A stretch of DNA of 55,919 nt, the filler included, from Basidiobolus ranarum (Eukaryota), in assembly GCA_040143965.1 (NCBI GenBank). It is 3 parts of 3 records of this genome, joined end to end, with 100 filler letters (N's around TTAATTAATTAA, not from the genome) between each part and the next. Parts side by side here need not be neighbours in the genome. Positions count along the whole stretch, not along the records: positions 18,766 to 37,308 come from JASJQH010000273.1; positions 37,409 to 55,919 come from JASJQH010000274.1; 1 more part is not named here. The stretch is one strand, 5' to 3'. The notes under the pieces are model-generated. The model worked only from the letters and a program-made list of their open reading frames with translations. It was not told where the DNA came from and made no database searches. Every line of letters begins with the position of its first letter. The first letter of the stretch is position 1. Positions 35,400-48,643 of this stretch are shown here, piece by piece. Both the position numbers and the translations under genes were made by a program.

Positions 35400-37191
35400 T
35401 TGAGCAGTTGGTTGTACGTGAGAATCAAGTAGTAGGTGTTTCACCTATATATAATCAGCCTGAATATCCGAATTAATTTGACTTGGACCAATCTTCAATT
35501 CAACATCACCCAATCACCTACTACAAACTAACACGCCTGGCCAGACTCGCGTCTGATTCGTGGAATATGTGATAAACTCATTAGTTACTTCAAGATAGAT
35601 CTATGCATTACAAAGAATTTCTTTTTCGTTAGATTTTCATACACCTTTGATTGAGCAGATAACCCTGTTGTACTCTATCCTAACATGTGCCTGGATACAC
35701 ACGATTGGCAGCACTAATAATAAATAACTTTTCAATTGTCGCCTCACTAAGTTTCTTTCCATTTTAGGCTTAATTATTAGTGATGGTACGCGACATCTGA
35801 AAATCTAGTCCACGACATTCATTCAATGTTACCCTATTAAAAATTTAAGGAAGTTCTCACGCTTGATCCAATAATCACTGGGATTTTCTGCACCAATTCG
35901 AGTAGTATCTCAAGTGAGACAACCATAAACATAAGTGGTTGTCATGGTCATTAGTGAGGCGTGATATATTTTTCCATCGACTCTTTACTGCCTTTGGGAA
36001 TTCTTCCAAGAGCTGTTGAACCAGAAACCTGCATTCATTCCTGTTAGATGTGCATTTAATACAAGTATTGGCTTAACTATACCTACTGATTTGATAAAAG
36101 TTTATTTACATGAACGATTACATATACAAACCCTCTGATGACTAGGCTAGACTGGAAAATAAAGTTTGAATAGTAGCCCCCAACAACTGATTAAGCTTTT
36201 CCAATATAGTAATGCTAGGCAGTATAATCATAGTCGGAGACACTTTTAGAGCATCTACTATACCATTGGTGAACGCCAGTGCTTTGTGCCTATCTCAGCA
36301 ACTTTAATCAAATAAGGAACCAGTGCTGTCCAACAGATAAGCTTTAAGGTTAAGAAGCTAATAGCCAATGGGATCCATGGAAGGTACCACTCGCAAAATA
36401 ACCCAAAATGATTGGGTACCACTCTGTTCCAAAACAACTTCATTCCGAGATTGACAACCCAGTTTGACAGCATTTACGACCAATATTGAAATTCCAGCCG
36501 TCACTACAGTCGATCATGAATTAAGGCAACTATACTTTCATCATTCGAGATGGGCAATTACTTCCATATCAACACGATATTGAAGAGAAGCGCCCGGAAT
36601 TGGAGATACTTGGTTCAAAAAGGATATCTTGTTCCATTGAAAACCAGCTACCGATAAATACCACCAATTGATGGGGAGAGCGTAATTCATCCTTTCCTAG
36701 GAATCAAGGAGGGGATCCTCATCTATTTTGACAGCCAAAGGGTCTTAGGAATTGTAATTACCACCCATCGTAAGCAAATATTTGTCATTCAACTCGCTAA
36801 TAGTTACCAAATGCCCTGTTGGGTAGATTAAAAATTGCTTACCAGAATCGTCAGTTTTTGGATGAATGACAGGCAAGTATCACGGTGTGAATCACAAACT
36901 TGGCGGGTGTAAAGAATATATAAAATAGGGATGTTGGTCATTCAATCTTAATATAAATAGTTTTTATCAATTAGACTTCTCAAGAACGATACACAAACAA
37001 CCAAAATGGCCATAGTGCCATGTAGCAGACATTCGAGTCTTAAATTGGGTTATCCAATGGGGAGCTGCTACCAACAGGCGTGCAAATTAAAAGAAGATGA
37101 TTGGTTGGTTGATTTAAAGTTTTAAAACTTAGGACACCCATATAAGAATCAGCACTTACAACATTACATACCACAACAGTGAACCGTTCAA

Positions 37192-37308
37192 ATGGCTGTG
37201 GATCAACTTACCAACCTCAACGAGACAAAGCTAACAGGCTGGCATTTGCGTGCTATCATTGTCGCCGGAATTGGCTTCTTCACTGATGCCTGCGACATTT
37301 TCATCATT
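37192..37308 (+). CDS. PHO84: Second PHO84 copy, 5' end only (runs into the gap)
   Basis: 117 nt matching the start of the 35399 gene with 3 substitutions; translates MAVDQLTNLNETKLTGWHLRAIIVAGIGFFTDACDIFII. Confidence 0.85.
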
Positions 37309-37408
37309 NNNNNNNNNNNNNNNNNNNNNNNNNNNNNNNNNNNNNNNNNNNNTTAATTAATTAANNNNNNNNNNNNNNNNNNNNNNNNNNNNNNNNNNNN
37401 NNNNNNNN
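37309..37408. other. Assembly gap with artificial six-frame-stop linker
   Basis: 100-nt block of Ns with TTAATTAATTAA at 37353-37364. Confidence 0.97.
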
Positions 37409-38087
37409 ATCTCCCTCAGCAAAATTGACATCATTAGCTTAGAAGCGAATCCGTAACCAAGCTATATCATTTTGCTTATTATATCTCCAATTAACCCTCC
37501 CCCTCCAATACATTTTTCAAATAAAGAATCCAAAGGAATCTTCAACTCTCCCATATTTAAGTGGATCATGGGTGAATGAGCGCTCAATACTAAACGAAAC
37601 ATTTAGATGAGATAATGAATGTTTAAACCTGTCAAGATATCTTCCTATTCTCCCTTCTTGTGTGACTGATATTGCTCAGTCAGAAGATGAATACTCCTAT
37701 AAAATTCCCCCAGAATTAACTATACTTCCTCCCAACTTTATAGTAGAGCGTTTTATTTGTCCAGCATAGCGTTAAGAAGATTGGGAAATATTCGTGAGCC
37801 ATGTGGAAATTGGTGGACGTATGTTTACATCGCATTCCCTTTAGAAGAAGGAATAGAGAACATATTGTGGAGCAAGGATGCGAGGTGGGATAGGATAAGA
37901 GCGGGGTTTGTATGGAACAACTTTGAAAAATTGTGTGGCTAAAGAGGGGAGGGAGCTTGGCAGTATAAAGTAGGGGAATGTCAGTTGTTAAAAAATACAA
38001 GGATTTTGGCAAGCTAGATAGGCAGAGGCGTAAAGGAAATAACTATTAGATCTAGCTAATTTGGGTGAAAGCATAAGATTTTGGAAA

Positions 38088-39692
38088 CTATTGTTGAAAG
38101 TTGAAACCACCTTGTGGCATGGACACATCAGATTGGAAGGCAAAAGCACCTGTACTAGAATCCACTTCAGGAGCGAGACCAGTATCTTCATCCTCCTCTT
38201 CACCAAAGTATTTATCAATAATCCCGTAAGCCTTTTGATATATTTGAATATTATCATGGATTTGAAGGTTGTGAATCTTCTCCATTCCTCCAGCTTCCTC
38301 AACATAGAGTGCGTATTGATTTTCCCCGTTGATTTCTTTGTCTAACTCACCAACTTTTAGAATATTCTCAATGCCATCTAGCGCAACTTGGATGATCTTA
38401 TTGTCCATGCATGTCAAAAGGTCACACAGAGGCTTAATACAACCAGCAGAAACGAGATACTTGACTTGCTCGGGTCTAGCCAAACCACCCGATGTGGCAT
38501 TTGAAATCGCCCAACAAGCCTCTTTTTTGGTTTTAAAATCAGCTACATCAAGCGCATGAACAAGAGGAGGAATAAGATTGGCATCAATCACAAATTGAAT
38601 TTGTTCTGGTGTACCAGCGGTGATGTTTGAAATGGTCCAACAAGCCTCTTTCCTAATACCATCCTTCGGGCTAGATAGAAGATTGAGAAGGGCAGGTAAG
38701 CAACCCGAATTGATCATAATTTGGGTTTGTTGGTCATCACCAGTAACAATGTTACCAACAGTACGTAATGCTGGAGTTTGTACGGTTGTGGAAGGATGCA
38801 TCAACAACTCCACGAGACGACGACAAACTCCAGATTCAATCACTGCTTGAATCTTCTCATTTGTTCCATCAGATAAGTATGAAAGTGCCCAACAAGCATC
38901 TCCAAGAACCTCATCGTCATGAGAGTACAATAGCTTGTTGATAGTAGGAAGTGCTGGAGCAACAAGAGACCATTCTGGTTGAGGATTCTTACCACGACAG
39001 AAATTAGATAAAGTCCAGGTGGCGTTACGAACCATAGAGATTTTGATGTTATCATTCAAAAGAGCAAGTAATTGGGGGAGAGCTCCAGCTTGCAAAACGT
39101 AGTCACGGCAACGTACGGAGTCACCAGCGATATTTCCAAGAGCCCAAACGGCTTGCTCTTTGACATCAGGAACTTGACTGCCAAGTAACTCCACAAAAAT
39201 CGGAACAGCACCACTTTCAATAACCACTTGGGTTTGATGTGAAGAGCCAGAGGCGATATTAGTGAGAGCCCAAGCAGACTCAAACTGTAGAAGAGAGTGA
39301 GGGGAACGCAAAAACTCTACGAATCTTCCGACTACTCCGCAGGCAATTACTTCTTCAATAGGAGGGTTAGTTTCCTTAGAAAGGAGTTTACGGAACTTTG
39401 TACAGGCTTGAAGAGCAACCTCAACGTTATCTGAATACAGGTCCTGCACCATACCAGGGAGCTGCTCTTGTAATTGAGCTGTGATAGCAGAAGCCATCTT
39501 GTCTTCATCTTCACTATCAGACATCTCTCCTTCAGGTATGAACATATTTCTTTTTTTTGCCAGGGATTCTTCACGCTTTTGCTTACGAATTTCGACTTGA
39601 GCTTCTTCACGTCTGCGCCTAAGTTCGTCAGCCTTAAACATGGCCTTTGACTTGTAGGCATTACGTCTGTGTTCGGGAACTTTAGATTCCAT
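38088..39692 (-). CDS. SRP1: Importin subunit alpha (karyopherin alpha), intronless
   Basis: IBB domain ([27 protein letters not shown]), ARM repeats ([39 protein letters not shown]) and acidic C-terminus ending GGFNF; ATG at 39692. Confidence 0.97.
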   Translation of the reverse strand: MESKVPEHRRNAYKSKAMFKADELRRRREEAQVEIRKQKREESLAKKRNMFIPEGEMSDSEDEDKMASAITAQLQEQLPGMVQDLYSDNVEVALQACTKFRKLLSKETNPPIEEVIACGVVGRFVEFLRSPHSLLQFESAWALTNIASGSSHQTQVVIESGAVPIFVELLGSQVPDVKEQAVWALGNIAGDSVRCRDYVLQAGALPQLLALLNDNIKISMVRNATWTLSNFCRGKNPQPEWSLVAPALPTINKLLYSHDDEVLGDACWALSYLSDGTNEKIQAVIESGVCRRLVELLMHPSTTVQTPALRTVGNIVTGDDQQTQIMINSGCLPALLNLLSSPKDGIRKEACWTISNITAGTPEQIQFVIDANLIPPLVHALDVADFKTKKEACWAISNATSGGLARPEQVKYLVSAGCIKPLCDLLTCMDNKIIQVALDGIENILKVGELDKEINGENQYALYVEEAGGMEKIHNLQIHDNIQIYQKAYGIIDKYFGEEEDEDTGLAPEVDSSTGAFAFQSDVSMPQGGFNFQQ

Positions 39693-41605
39693 TATTTGAC
39701 TTTTACAAAAGGAGAGAAACAAAGAAAGGTAAACAGAAACAAAAGTATGTTGAAGTAAAAAGATGATGGGGGTTTTTAAAAAAGAAAAAAAGTGGCTAGT
39801 TCCCTGGCGATATTATTGAATGAATCAAACCATAGAATAAGAGGAACTTATTTGCATCACATAGACTAATCGTCACTAATAGCGCGAATCAGTAATTGAA
39901 CAATGGGTATAGTATAAAAGTCAATCAATGGTTACCAGTAATGCATAGTTTATTTTGTCGATTTGTTTGCAATCTTTGTTGGCTGCTAACCTGTAGGTAA
40001 TCTTCTCCTTCAGACGAGAGGAGTCTCTGCCCACGTCTCCTGACCCATCCTATTATGTCTCTAGGTGAAGCACTATTGCTTATGCTTTCAACAATTGCTA
40101 TACAAATGAGCTACTTGGTCTTCGATCATATCATACTACATATTTGTATCGAGTGACTTCTATCCAAGTCAAATCAACGTACGCATATCTTCGATCTCCC
40201 TGATTGGTCTATCTCTGTTAGCGTCATCTTCTATCTAGCTCCATGAGGTTCGTAATTGCGAATGAATTGGACAAGTTTGTATGCTAAAGAATGGCTGGTG
40301 ATATCTAAATCAAGATATGGTGGAGTATCGATAGTTAAGTGACGCTTGTTAAGCATTCTAGAATCGCTTAATCTGCCATCAGTTTGCTAGCTGTGTCCTG
40401 GTTTGTTCCCAGATATTATGAAATATCGTCTGTCATTTATGTTTTATCCTAATTGAGTGCTAATTTCCATTTACAACCATTATATCTTGATGGCTCGTAT
40501 CACCTGACCATACACTACTTTTGTTCATTGCGATCCGTAGGGCAATAGTGAGTTGCTTGTCGAGTTGGCGATTATCTACGGGCCAGTCGAGTCCCTGCTG
40601 TAGATTATTAAGAGCGGCCGGATTAGAGCTGAAAGAGATACTATCTTGGGCCATATAGAATAGACCTCAATGCTAGAGCAGCATAGTGTATGATACAAAA
40701 CACTCCCTCCGGTCAAGAGGTAGCTTTCCATAATGCCAGTCTGGTCCTATTTGCAGGGATTACCCGATGGAAGACGGGTATTGGGCAGCAGGGATCCATT
40801 GTGGTCTGTATTTCCATTTATTTCCCAGCCTTAGATAATTTTGATACAAAGAACTATTAGATCAAGCATAAGGGCTAAAAGCCTCACGAAAGTTTGAAGC
40901 ATGGACGGAATAGGTAGTATCCAATGAACGCAGCTTTTGGAATTGACATAAGTGGACATGTGGACAGCTCAGGTTTAATAGCCTCAAGAATGTCAGTATT
41001 ACTAATAGTGTGATTTTGTAGTAACTAGAGATAGCATGAATTTGTCTCCGCGTTTGTTTTGGATGTGTAGCAATCTCTAATACTAAGGATAATTCGTGTC
41101 GAGCGTATTGCGAGCATAAAGAAGTTGGATTCGAGTTTTGAGAGCAATGGGCTATCTATGGCATTCCAAATATATTAGAGGGATGCATGAATAACCAAAG
41201 CTCTTATTAACCATTAACCACAAAGAGCTTTAACAAAACTTGCACCTATTGAGACGAATTGATTCTTCATAAATTTTCAGATCGAACCACATGCTTAAGT
41301 CATGAATGCCTGGTATAGCTTTGATAGAAAACACCATTGTGACTTCTTGTAGAAAACTTCAAAAGCTCTTTGTCTATTAGAGGCTTGATTAATATTATTT
41401 CCTATTGTCGATTGAGAAACACCACTTTAACCGAAATGATCTTTGGAGTGCACAAATATTGTTATTTATAATTAATAAACACTGTAATTAATAGACTCTA
41501 TTGTTTCTATGACTTATCAAACAACTTCTTCAATGGCGAAGATAAAGGAAACTTCTTGAGGAGGTTGTTTCTGCTCTATATGTATGGGCCAGATAGCAGC
41601 AGAAT

Positions 41606-42585
41606 TTACTCGGACTTTTTGAATTGTGATACAAACTCAAGGAACGCTTTACGGCATTCTGCTTTCGTTGGCATAACATGTCTGGAAAATGAACAAAATT
41701 TAGAATGAATCGACCATCAAAAATCCACAGCTTCACTTACCCTCCTGAGTGCTTAAGGATTACTGGGTCAACAAAACAGGTAGCCAACTCATCGCTCCTC
41801 TCTGTTAATCGAAGAAGACCATTAGTACGGCTTCAGTGTAAACAGACTAAAGTATTACTTACCTGGTGTAATGATTCCATCAGTCGCCCCCGAAACTATC
41901 ATGCTTGGAACATCGATCATTTGATCATAGATATCATTGTAAGGTGGATGAGGGTACTTGAATCCAGCAAAAATCATGGCAAATTTGCACCTCGACTCTT
42001 CAGGTGATAATTTCTTTGTTTGGCGGGCACACAATAGTGATAGTAAACCAGCGCCTTGACTAAATCCAAGAATACCATCAAAAGGTCCCTAAATAGTTTA
42101 TGCATGTCAACTATGAGTCAATTACTAAGTGCTAACATAAACTTGATAAATACCTGAGTTTTCAGATAGTTCTCTACATATTCAATGGATTCATCGACAC
42201 CTTGCATATACTTTTTGGTTCCATCTTCAGCCACAATAGGTGTAAACCAACCATAGATTTTAGGCTGTTCTTTATCAGGTTCGTCTTCCTTCTCAGGGGA
42301 ATCGAAAGGTTCCACTTCAAAAGGTGCATCTATATATACTTTATACCAAAATAATGTGAGTAAAATCTCTATGGTCAACTTGTTGGTTGTACACAAATCC
42401 GACGGAACAGTAATCTGCAATAAATACATCGATTACGCATAGATTGTTGGTATAGAAAAGAACTACTCACCAAGTTCGGCCAAATCATTCTTAAACACCT
42501 TCCTCAAGTACTTGGTTTTGTATGCAAATATTTCACCGGATTGAGCGTAGCCTTGAAGGCAGAGAATACGAAGAGGTGCGACCAT
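41606..42585 (-). CDS. FSH1/OVCA2-family serine hydrolase, 5 exons
   Basis: Manual splice gives LRILCLQGYAQSG, VYIDAP, YGWF, GPFDGILGFSQGA (nucleophile Ser), SGATDGII (Asp) and HSGGHVMP (His). Confidence 0.88.
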
Positions 42586-43456
42586 GATAAAGGGAGTAAC
42601 TGAAAGAAAGAAACCCTCTGTAGTTATAATAAAGAGGATTACTAATCCATGACATAAAAGATAAAATCGGCTTCACAATTAACCAGTTTTTTTTGTCTAG
42701 AATTCCACAATTTCAAAGAACTGACCGCTATTTTTGTCATGCTTGGTTATCAAATAAAAAGCAAGTGAGATTTCGATAACCATTTCATCAACGATATATA
42801 CGCCATTTGCACGGGAAACTATTTCCAAATAAAGTAAAGCGAAAATCCGATAGCACCTCAAGCATCGATCGTAATAAGCACTACTAACAGTTCCGAGACG
42901 ATCCGGTATCTTGAGCCAAGAACCGTATCGATAAGCTCATGCCACAACGTAAATACTATCATGGTTTGAGGTTTGCTAGATAAGGCAGCTTCATGCAAAT
43001 GACTTTTATTTGAGATTCAAAACTGACCACCAAAAAGACAAGTAATAGATTTCTAGAATATTCGTACAATGTCGATCCCCTTTGATATGGCGATTCCCCT
43101 TTGTTGCGTTTCTCAACTACTAACTTGAATATTTAATTTATATACGAAAGGATGAATTTTACATACTTCGTGAGCTCGTATTCTCCCTGAAGTAATGTTC
43201 ATGCTTCTCTGATCAACGTTTGAATATGCTTTTACAGAATCAATGGATTTTCTATCCAATTGTTTGTGAAGATGTCTTGACAGGCTGCAGATTAAAATGA
43301 AAGAGGTCAGGTTCTTGCTGAAGTTGTACCAATGCATAGCTCGAATGATAATTAGAGTTCAAGTCACGAAGAAAATATCCTTGTAAAATATTACATATTC
43401 ACGTTTCCATTCATTTTTATGGTGATCTTCAACATTCTAGTCAATTTTAGAGGTAT

Positions 43457-45004
43457 CTATAATACGGACAAATCGTTTAACGCTACACATACTGCCGCTT
43501 TGTTGTGGCCACTGTACTGTCGAATCGTTTCTCCTTTCGATAATTCCCATAAGCGAGAAACATGGTCCGATGACGCTATAAACTCACAGTTACTATCAAG
43601 AGTCATAAAGATTCTTTCCATTCAATAACAAACCTGTCACTAGATAGGCAGAGTCAGCAGAGAACGCGCAATCCCAAACCCATCGTTGATGTCCTTGTAA
43701 AGTTTGAACATGCTCGAATTTATAATCCGTTGTATTCCAGATTTTAACTGTAGTATCAGCAGAACATGTCGCCAGTAATCTACGAAAATCAAATATAAGA
43801 GCGAGCAGAAATGCTAATTGTTAAAATAAACTGAACTAACTTGGTATCAGGGCTTATCAAAGTACGAAGCAAATACGTAGAATGAGCTGAAAAAGTGGCA
43901 GCTGGGTGTAAGTCGGAAAAGTCCGGGTTCGATGTTTTCCAAACATAACAATTGCCCTGAGGTAATTACAGATTAAGCAGATATTTCGACTGAAGTAAAT
44001 TATGTAAGATGCCATTTACTCACCTTGTTGTTTCCGGCAACTAACATTGAGCCGTCACTAGCAACTGTGACTGAGCGAACAGGCACATCTTCTTCAGGTA
44101 CCTATGCAAACATGAGTAACTATAGTGAAGACGTGACATAATTATATTTGACATACAAGTTCATAGGAGCAACAGTTCTCACCCAGGTCCCAAATTTTTA
44201 CACTACCACTCTGATCGCAGGAGATAATTTCTCCTTGGTTGGGATGAATGGCAACATCATTAACAGGACTCTTATGGTCATAGTTACGTTGAATGGCGGG
44301 GGCTCTAGAGTATATATACATATATTAACTTGATTGCGACCTTACAAGATTCAATAGGTCCAGCTTAACTACCTGACATCCCAAATTTTAACTGTCCCAT
44401 CCTCACTCCCTGTTGCCATCCATTTTCCTTCAATATGAAAAGCGACGGAGGTAATATTTCCGGTATGGCCGTCGAAAGAAACCACCTGGCGTGCGTAAAT
44501 GTTAGTGAAGATAAAGGTATTTCTGCGAACAAAATACTTACGGGGTTGGGATTTGTACTATTGACATCGTAAAGACGAATGTGTTGATTTCCTAGATTTT
44601 CAGTCAAAAGTAGTCAGATAGGGAATTGATATTTAAGTAATTTGAACGCCATTCCGATACTAACCAGCTGCAGCGAGAAATCTTTTATCCGGTGAAATGC
44701 ACAACCTATTTATTTGCTTATGTAAAGGTAGAGGTTTAATTAGATTAAGTTATGGTGGCTCTCTACATCTACTGTTCACTACTAACTGAGTCTGGATGCT
44801 GGATTGTTCTCGAACAAACACCGCTCAAAGCCTCCCAAAAACGGATAGTGTGGTCATAACCAGCAGTGACAAGAATCACGGAATGAGCTTCTTGAGAAGA
44901 GGGCTGTTGTTGTGAATGAGTATTTTTCCTAAAGACGAATTTGGATTAAGCTGTCTACTAGATAGAAATTCTTGTTGCTACCTCTACCTAGAATAAACGG
45001 GCAT
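43457..45004 (-). CDS. LST8: TOR complex subunit LST8 (WD40), multi-exon
   Basis: [107 protein letters not shown]. Confidence 0.95.
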
Positions 45005-46296
45005 TATTATCGATTAGAAGTTCGCTGCTATGTAGAATATGAAGTTCAGCTGAACTCTCGAACAATACACTTGACAGCCATTTGTTTCGAATCGCTAGTT
45101 AAATAATGAGTTCTAACCCTTGATTCTTTGCTTATCTAATTGTTTAGAGTAGTGATTAATGATGGTCAACATCTATGAATGAAATCTTTGATCAGTGAAA
45201 GATCAAATTTATTGATTAAAAAGTATGATGAAAGATTACTAATACACGGCTACATTCAGCATAATATTACCAGAAATTCTTGATTTTGCCTATATACTAA
45301 GCACAACCTTGAATGTTCTAGAAATGAACTTGCGTGAAACGTTATATCTCGTTGCTGATGAATGGTATTGGCCATGTCCGAGCAAAAAAACCTGTCAATA
45401 TTAAATGCTTAAGAGTGACGTATTTCCTTGTATTTACTATGAGGATATGAAGCAGAATGCTTGTATTGTTGAATAGACGAGTTTTTCCAAATAAGATCAG
45501 TTGGATTTAATATCATAAAGTGTAAGTGAATGGACATATGCGGCAGGATAGGAAGAGCCCTGTGTTGGTTGATCTACTAACCTGTCAGATTTATCAAAGA
45601 TATCTATACAGAGTGGACTGCCATGTATGGATTTGATACATTTCCTTGAATTTCATTTTACTAAACAGTCATTTGACCATCTAAAATGGAGCAAAAAACT
45701 TACTTATTAATGGATATGAGATAAGGATATCTTTTGTTGCAAAGTCACCCTGTAAAGCTCAATATTTAGTATCGCCCACTTGGTGTAATCAAAGTATCTT
45801 AAAAAGAAAAGGATGTGAATCTGATCGTCTTTGAGTGTGGCAAATTGTCTACTTCAGTATAGATTAATATACAGAGCACATAATAAGATTCGAAGAACTG
45901 TTGCATATAGCGTTTTAATGAACTTCTCTGTTGCCTTCTTGTTGGCTAATTCAAGTATTCGAAGACGGATAATCTGTACCTTAAATTTTGATTACATACA
46001 TTATCCTCCATATCGTTCCATTCTTTTAAAATCATAAGCCAACAAAGAACTCAATTGATGGCATCCGAAACATGGGAAAATTGAGTCAGTACACAAAACC
46101 TACACAATGGGTATCAGAACTAGAGAATTGAATCTAAGGAGCTCGTATACCATGTAGTCAATCTACTTAAATATAACTTAAAAAATAAAAGCACCATAGT
46201 TGCAATCTATGTCAACGTTCGGGTTGATACTGACAATATAGACGTATGTTTCAACTAGCATTTATTCTTAATGGAGAAGTTAATTCACAATACAGT

Positions 46297-47382
46297 TCAG
46301 TCCACGTCGTAAAGTCCAGTGTATATCTTTGGTTTGCTTCTTGTTGGCTTGTGCACTTCTCCGTAACTCCTGTTTTCATACTCTTCATCTGTATCCACAT
46401 CAATGTAGTTTTCATCTCCATCATCTTCCATTATATCTTGACTATGGTCCAAAGAGGAGGGTGTATTTACATGGTGCTTCAGATGTACTTTACTAACATT
46501 GGCCTCAACTTTTCCCATGATATCCTCCTCGTCTACATGCTCCAGAAGTTCCTCAAATGTCATGTTTAAATCCTCTAGAGATGGCTCCAACAACCTGAAT
46601 ATTTGCATTGCCTCCTCTTCAGATAATTCTTCAATTTCTTCCACTTGCTTTTGGGTTGCTTTTTCTTCCACTTTCTTCTTTGATATGGACTGCTTCTCTT
46701 TCTTACACACTGCAACATCCCAGCCCCACAACGGTACAAAAGATTCGAAGAAGCCAACGTCTTCAAATAGGTTAGGAAATATCCAGATCCCTGGTTTTAA
46801 AATCACGTAGGTTGAAAGGTAGAATATCAATCGAATTACAGAAATAAACATGAGCAATCCTAATAAACCGATAATCGAGATAGAAATATACCAAACTCCA
46901 TCCCGCATAAGAGCTGGCCACAACGGAAACATCACTAGAAATAATACTAAGCCGACCAAGCCAACCGCGCTCAATACAGCTTTGAGCTTAGAGCCCTCGT
47001 AGAGCCAAACATAATGATCGTCTTCCGTAAAATTGTTTGTAGGCGCCATAGTCAGGTAATTATCCTTGATTGAACTTTTAACGATTAGACCGCTATCTAG
47101 GAGAACCTGAAGTACCGTTTCTGCTTCCACTCTTGATGCAATCTTTGGCCTAGTTTTATGCACATAATTAACCTCTAAGAGAGACGAGCAGGCCTCAGAT
47201 CCTGTTGTAATAGTAAGTCAGTCATAGTTCTTTGATTGAAGGAGAAATAGCTAGTTACCTTTAAAATATCTTACTCTCCTTTCGTTCATGATCCCTTCTC
47301 GAGTCTGTAGCCCAGAATGCTTGCTATTTAGCAGATAATCGGCTACCTTAAGGTATTCTTTTGGTACGTCTTGGGGAGGCAT
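46297..47382 (-). CDS. SEC62: ER translocation protein Sec62, 2 exons
   Basis: GIMNERRVRYFKG, HYVWLYEG, two TM segments with MFPLWP..MRDGVWY, and PGIWIFPNLFEDVGFFESFVPLWGW. Confidence 0.92.
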
Positions 47383-48643
47383 TTTGATTCAGTGAAGTAC
47401 GAGAACTGGAGTGTTATTGTAGAGCTTTTATTTAAGCAGGAACGTATTGTAAGACGGTGAAGCCTAGTGTCAAGTACGCAGTAAATCTAGGCGAGGTTTT
47501 TTATTTAAGGGGAACAGTCAAAGATGTTTGTAAAGAGAGCAAGCCAAGCTTAATACATTTTCCATTGATCGGAACCATTTAGGTGATAATATCATGCAAT
47601 TTATGGTTACAAGCTAGTGAGAACAAGTTAGTACGGCATTGATTCAAGTGGAATGCTCATCTTATCGACGATCACCCCGCTAGCATTGTCCTTTCTAAGC
47701 TCATTTTAAATACTAAAATATTAAATACAGTCATATCCAGAAGTTTGTTATTCTGAATAGGGTAACAATACTTCTTTGTTTTAAGCTTCATAAATGGATT
47801 ACGCGGGATGATATGAATTACACAATTCGTGAATTTGATTAAATATTTTCACACTTGAGTGTTTAATGGCTGCCTCTAACTGTCGTGATTTTCAACATGA
47901 TCCAAGTTTAAATAAATATGCTTTTTCCTATCATGAATATAGATATATATTTCTATGGAAAAAAGGATCACTTTATGTAGCTTTGAATTAGATTCAGTAA
48001 AAAGGATATTTGAATGTTCTCAGATTTTAGCAATGGTTTTGGAGTCCGATATTTAGTATTCTCCCAACAACTTATACAGCACTCTCTACCATAAAGTGCC
48101 CTTGGGTTTGCCAATGATTTTTATTAACCAGTAATTTGAGGGTTCACGACATCCATTGTACCAGAAATACCCGAACTGCCATCCAACTTGTAAACTTGGA
48201 ACATGTCTACAGAAAAGAAGCAGCTCGATGAGATACATTGATGGTCATGATATATCAATATTCAATCAAGCTCTTGGCTTTGAAAGTACTCGTATTTCAT
48301 GCTGAATTCATTTCTAGTTTTCATGTTGAAAGGTTAATGGAACGATATCTCAGTAAATATCGAAGAGTAGGCAATACCAACGTTTGAACAGTGCTATTTA
48401 AGGTGAAATAATTTTCAAAAAAAATCCACAAGTATACTGAATTACTAATATTATTATTTCGCCATCATAAAATATTAATTTTGAATAAGACGTCCCAATT
48501 TACGCACTGTATTTGATATGTTCTGAGTGTTTCATGTGAATATATGACATCCATATCATGGTTTATTGAGGGGGGGAAGGGGTGATTTTCCAGCCAAGAC
48601 TTCAACTGCTGTTTATTAGAGTAACCGCTGAAAACGTCAAGAA

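Noticed and set aside
33770..39661. Numerous alternate-frame and antisense ORFs overlapping PHO84 and importin alpha
   Set aside because: By-products of codon bias in long real CDSs; no independent coding signal.
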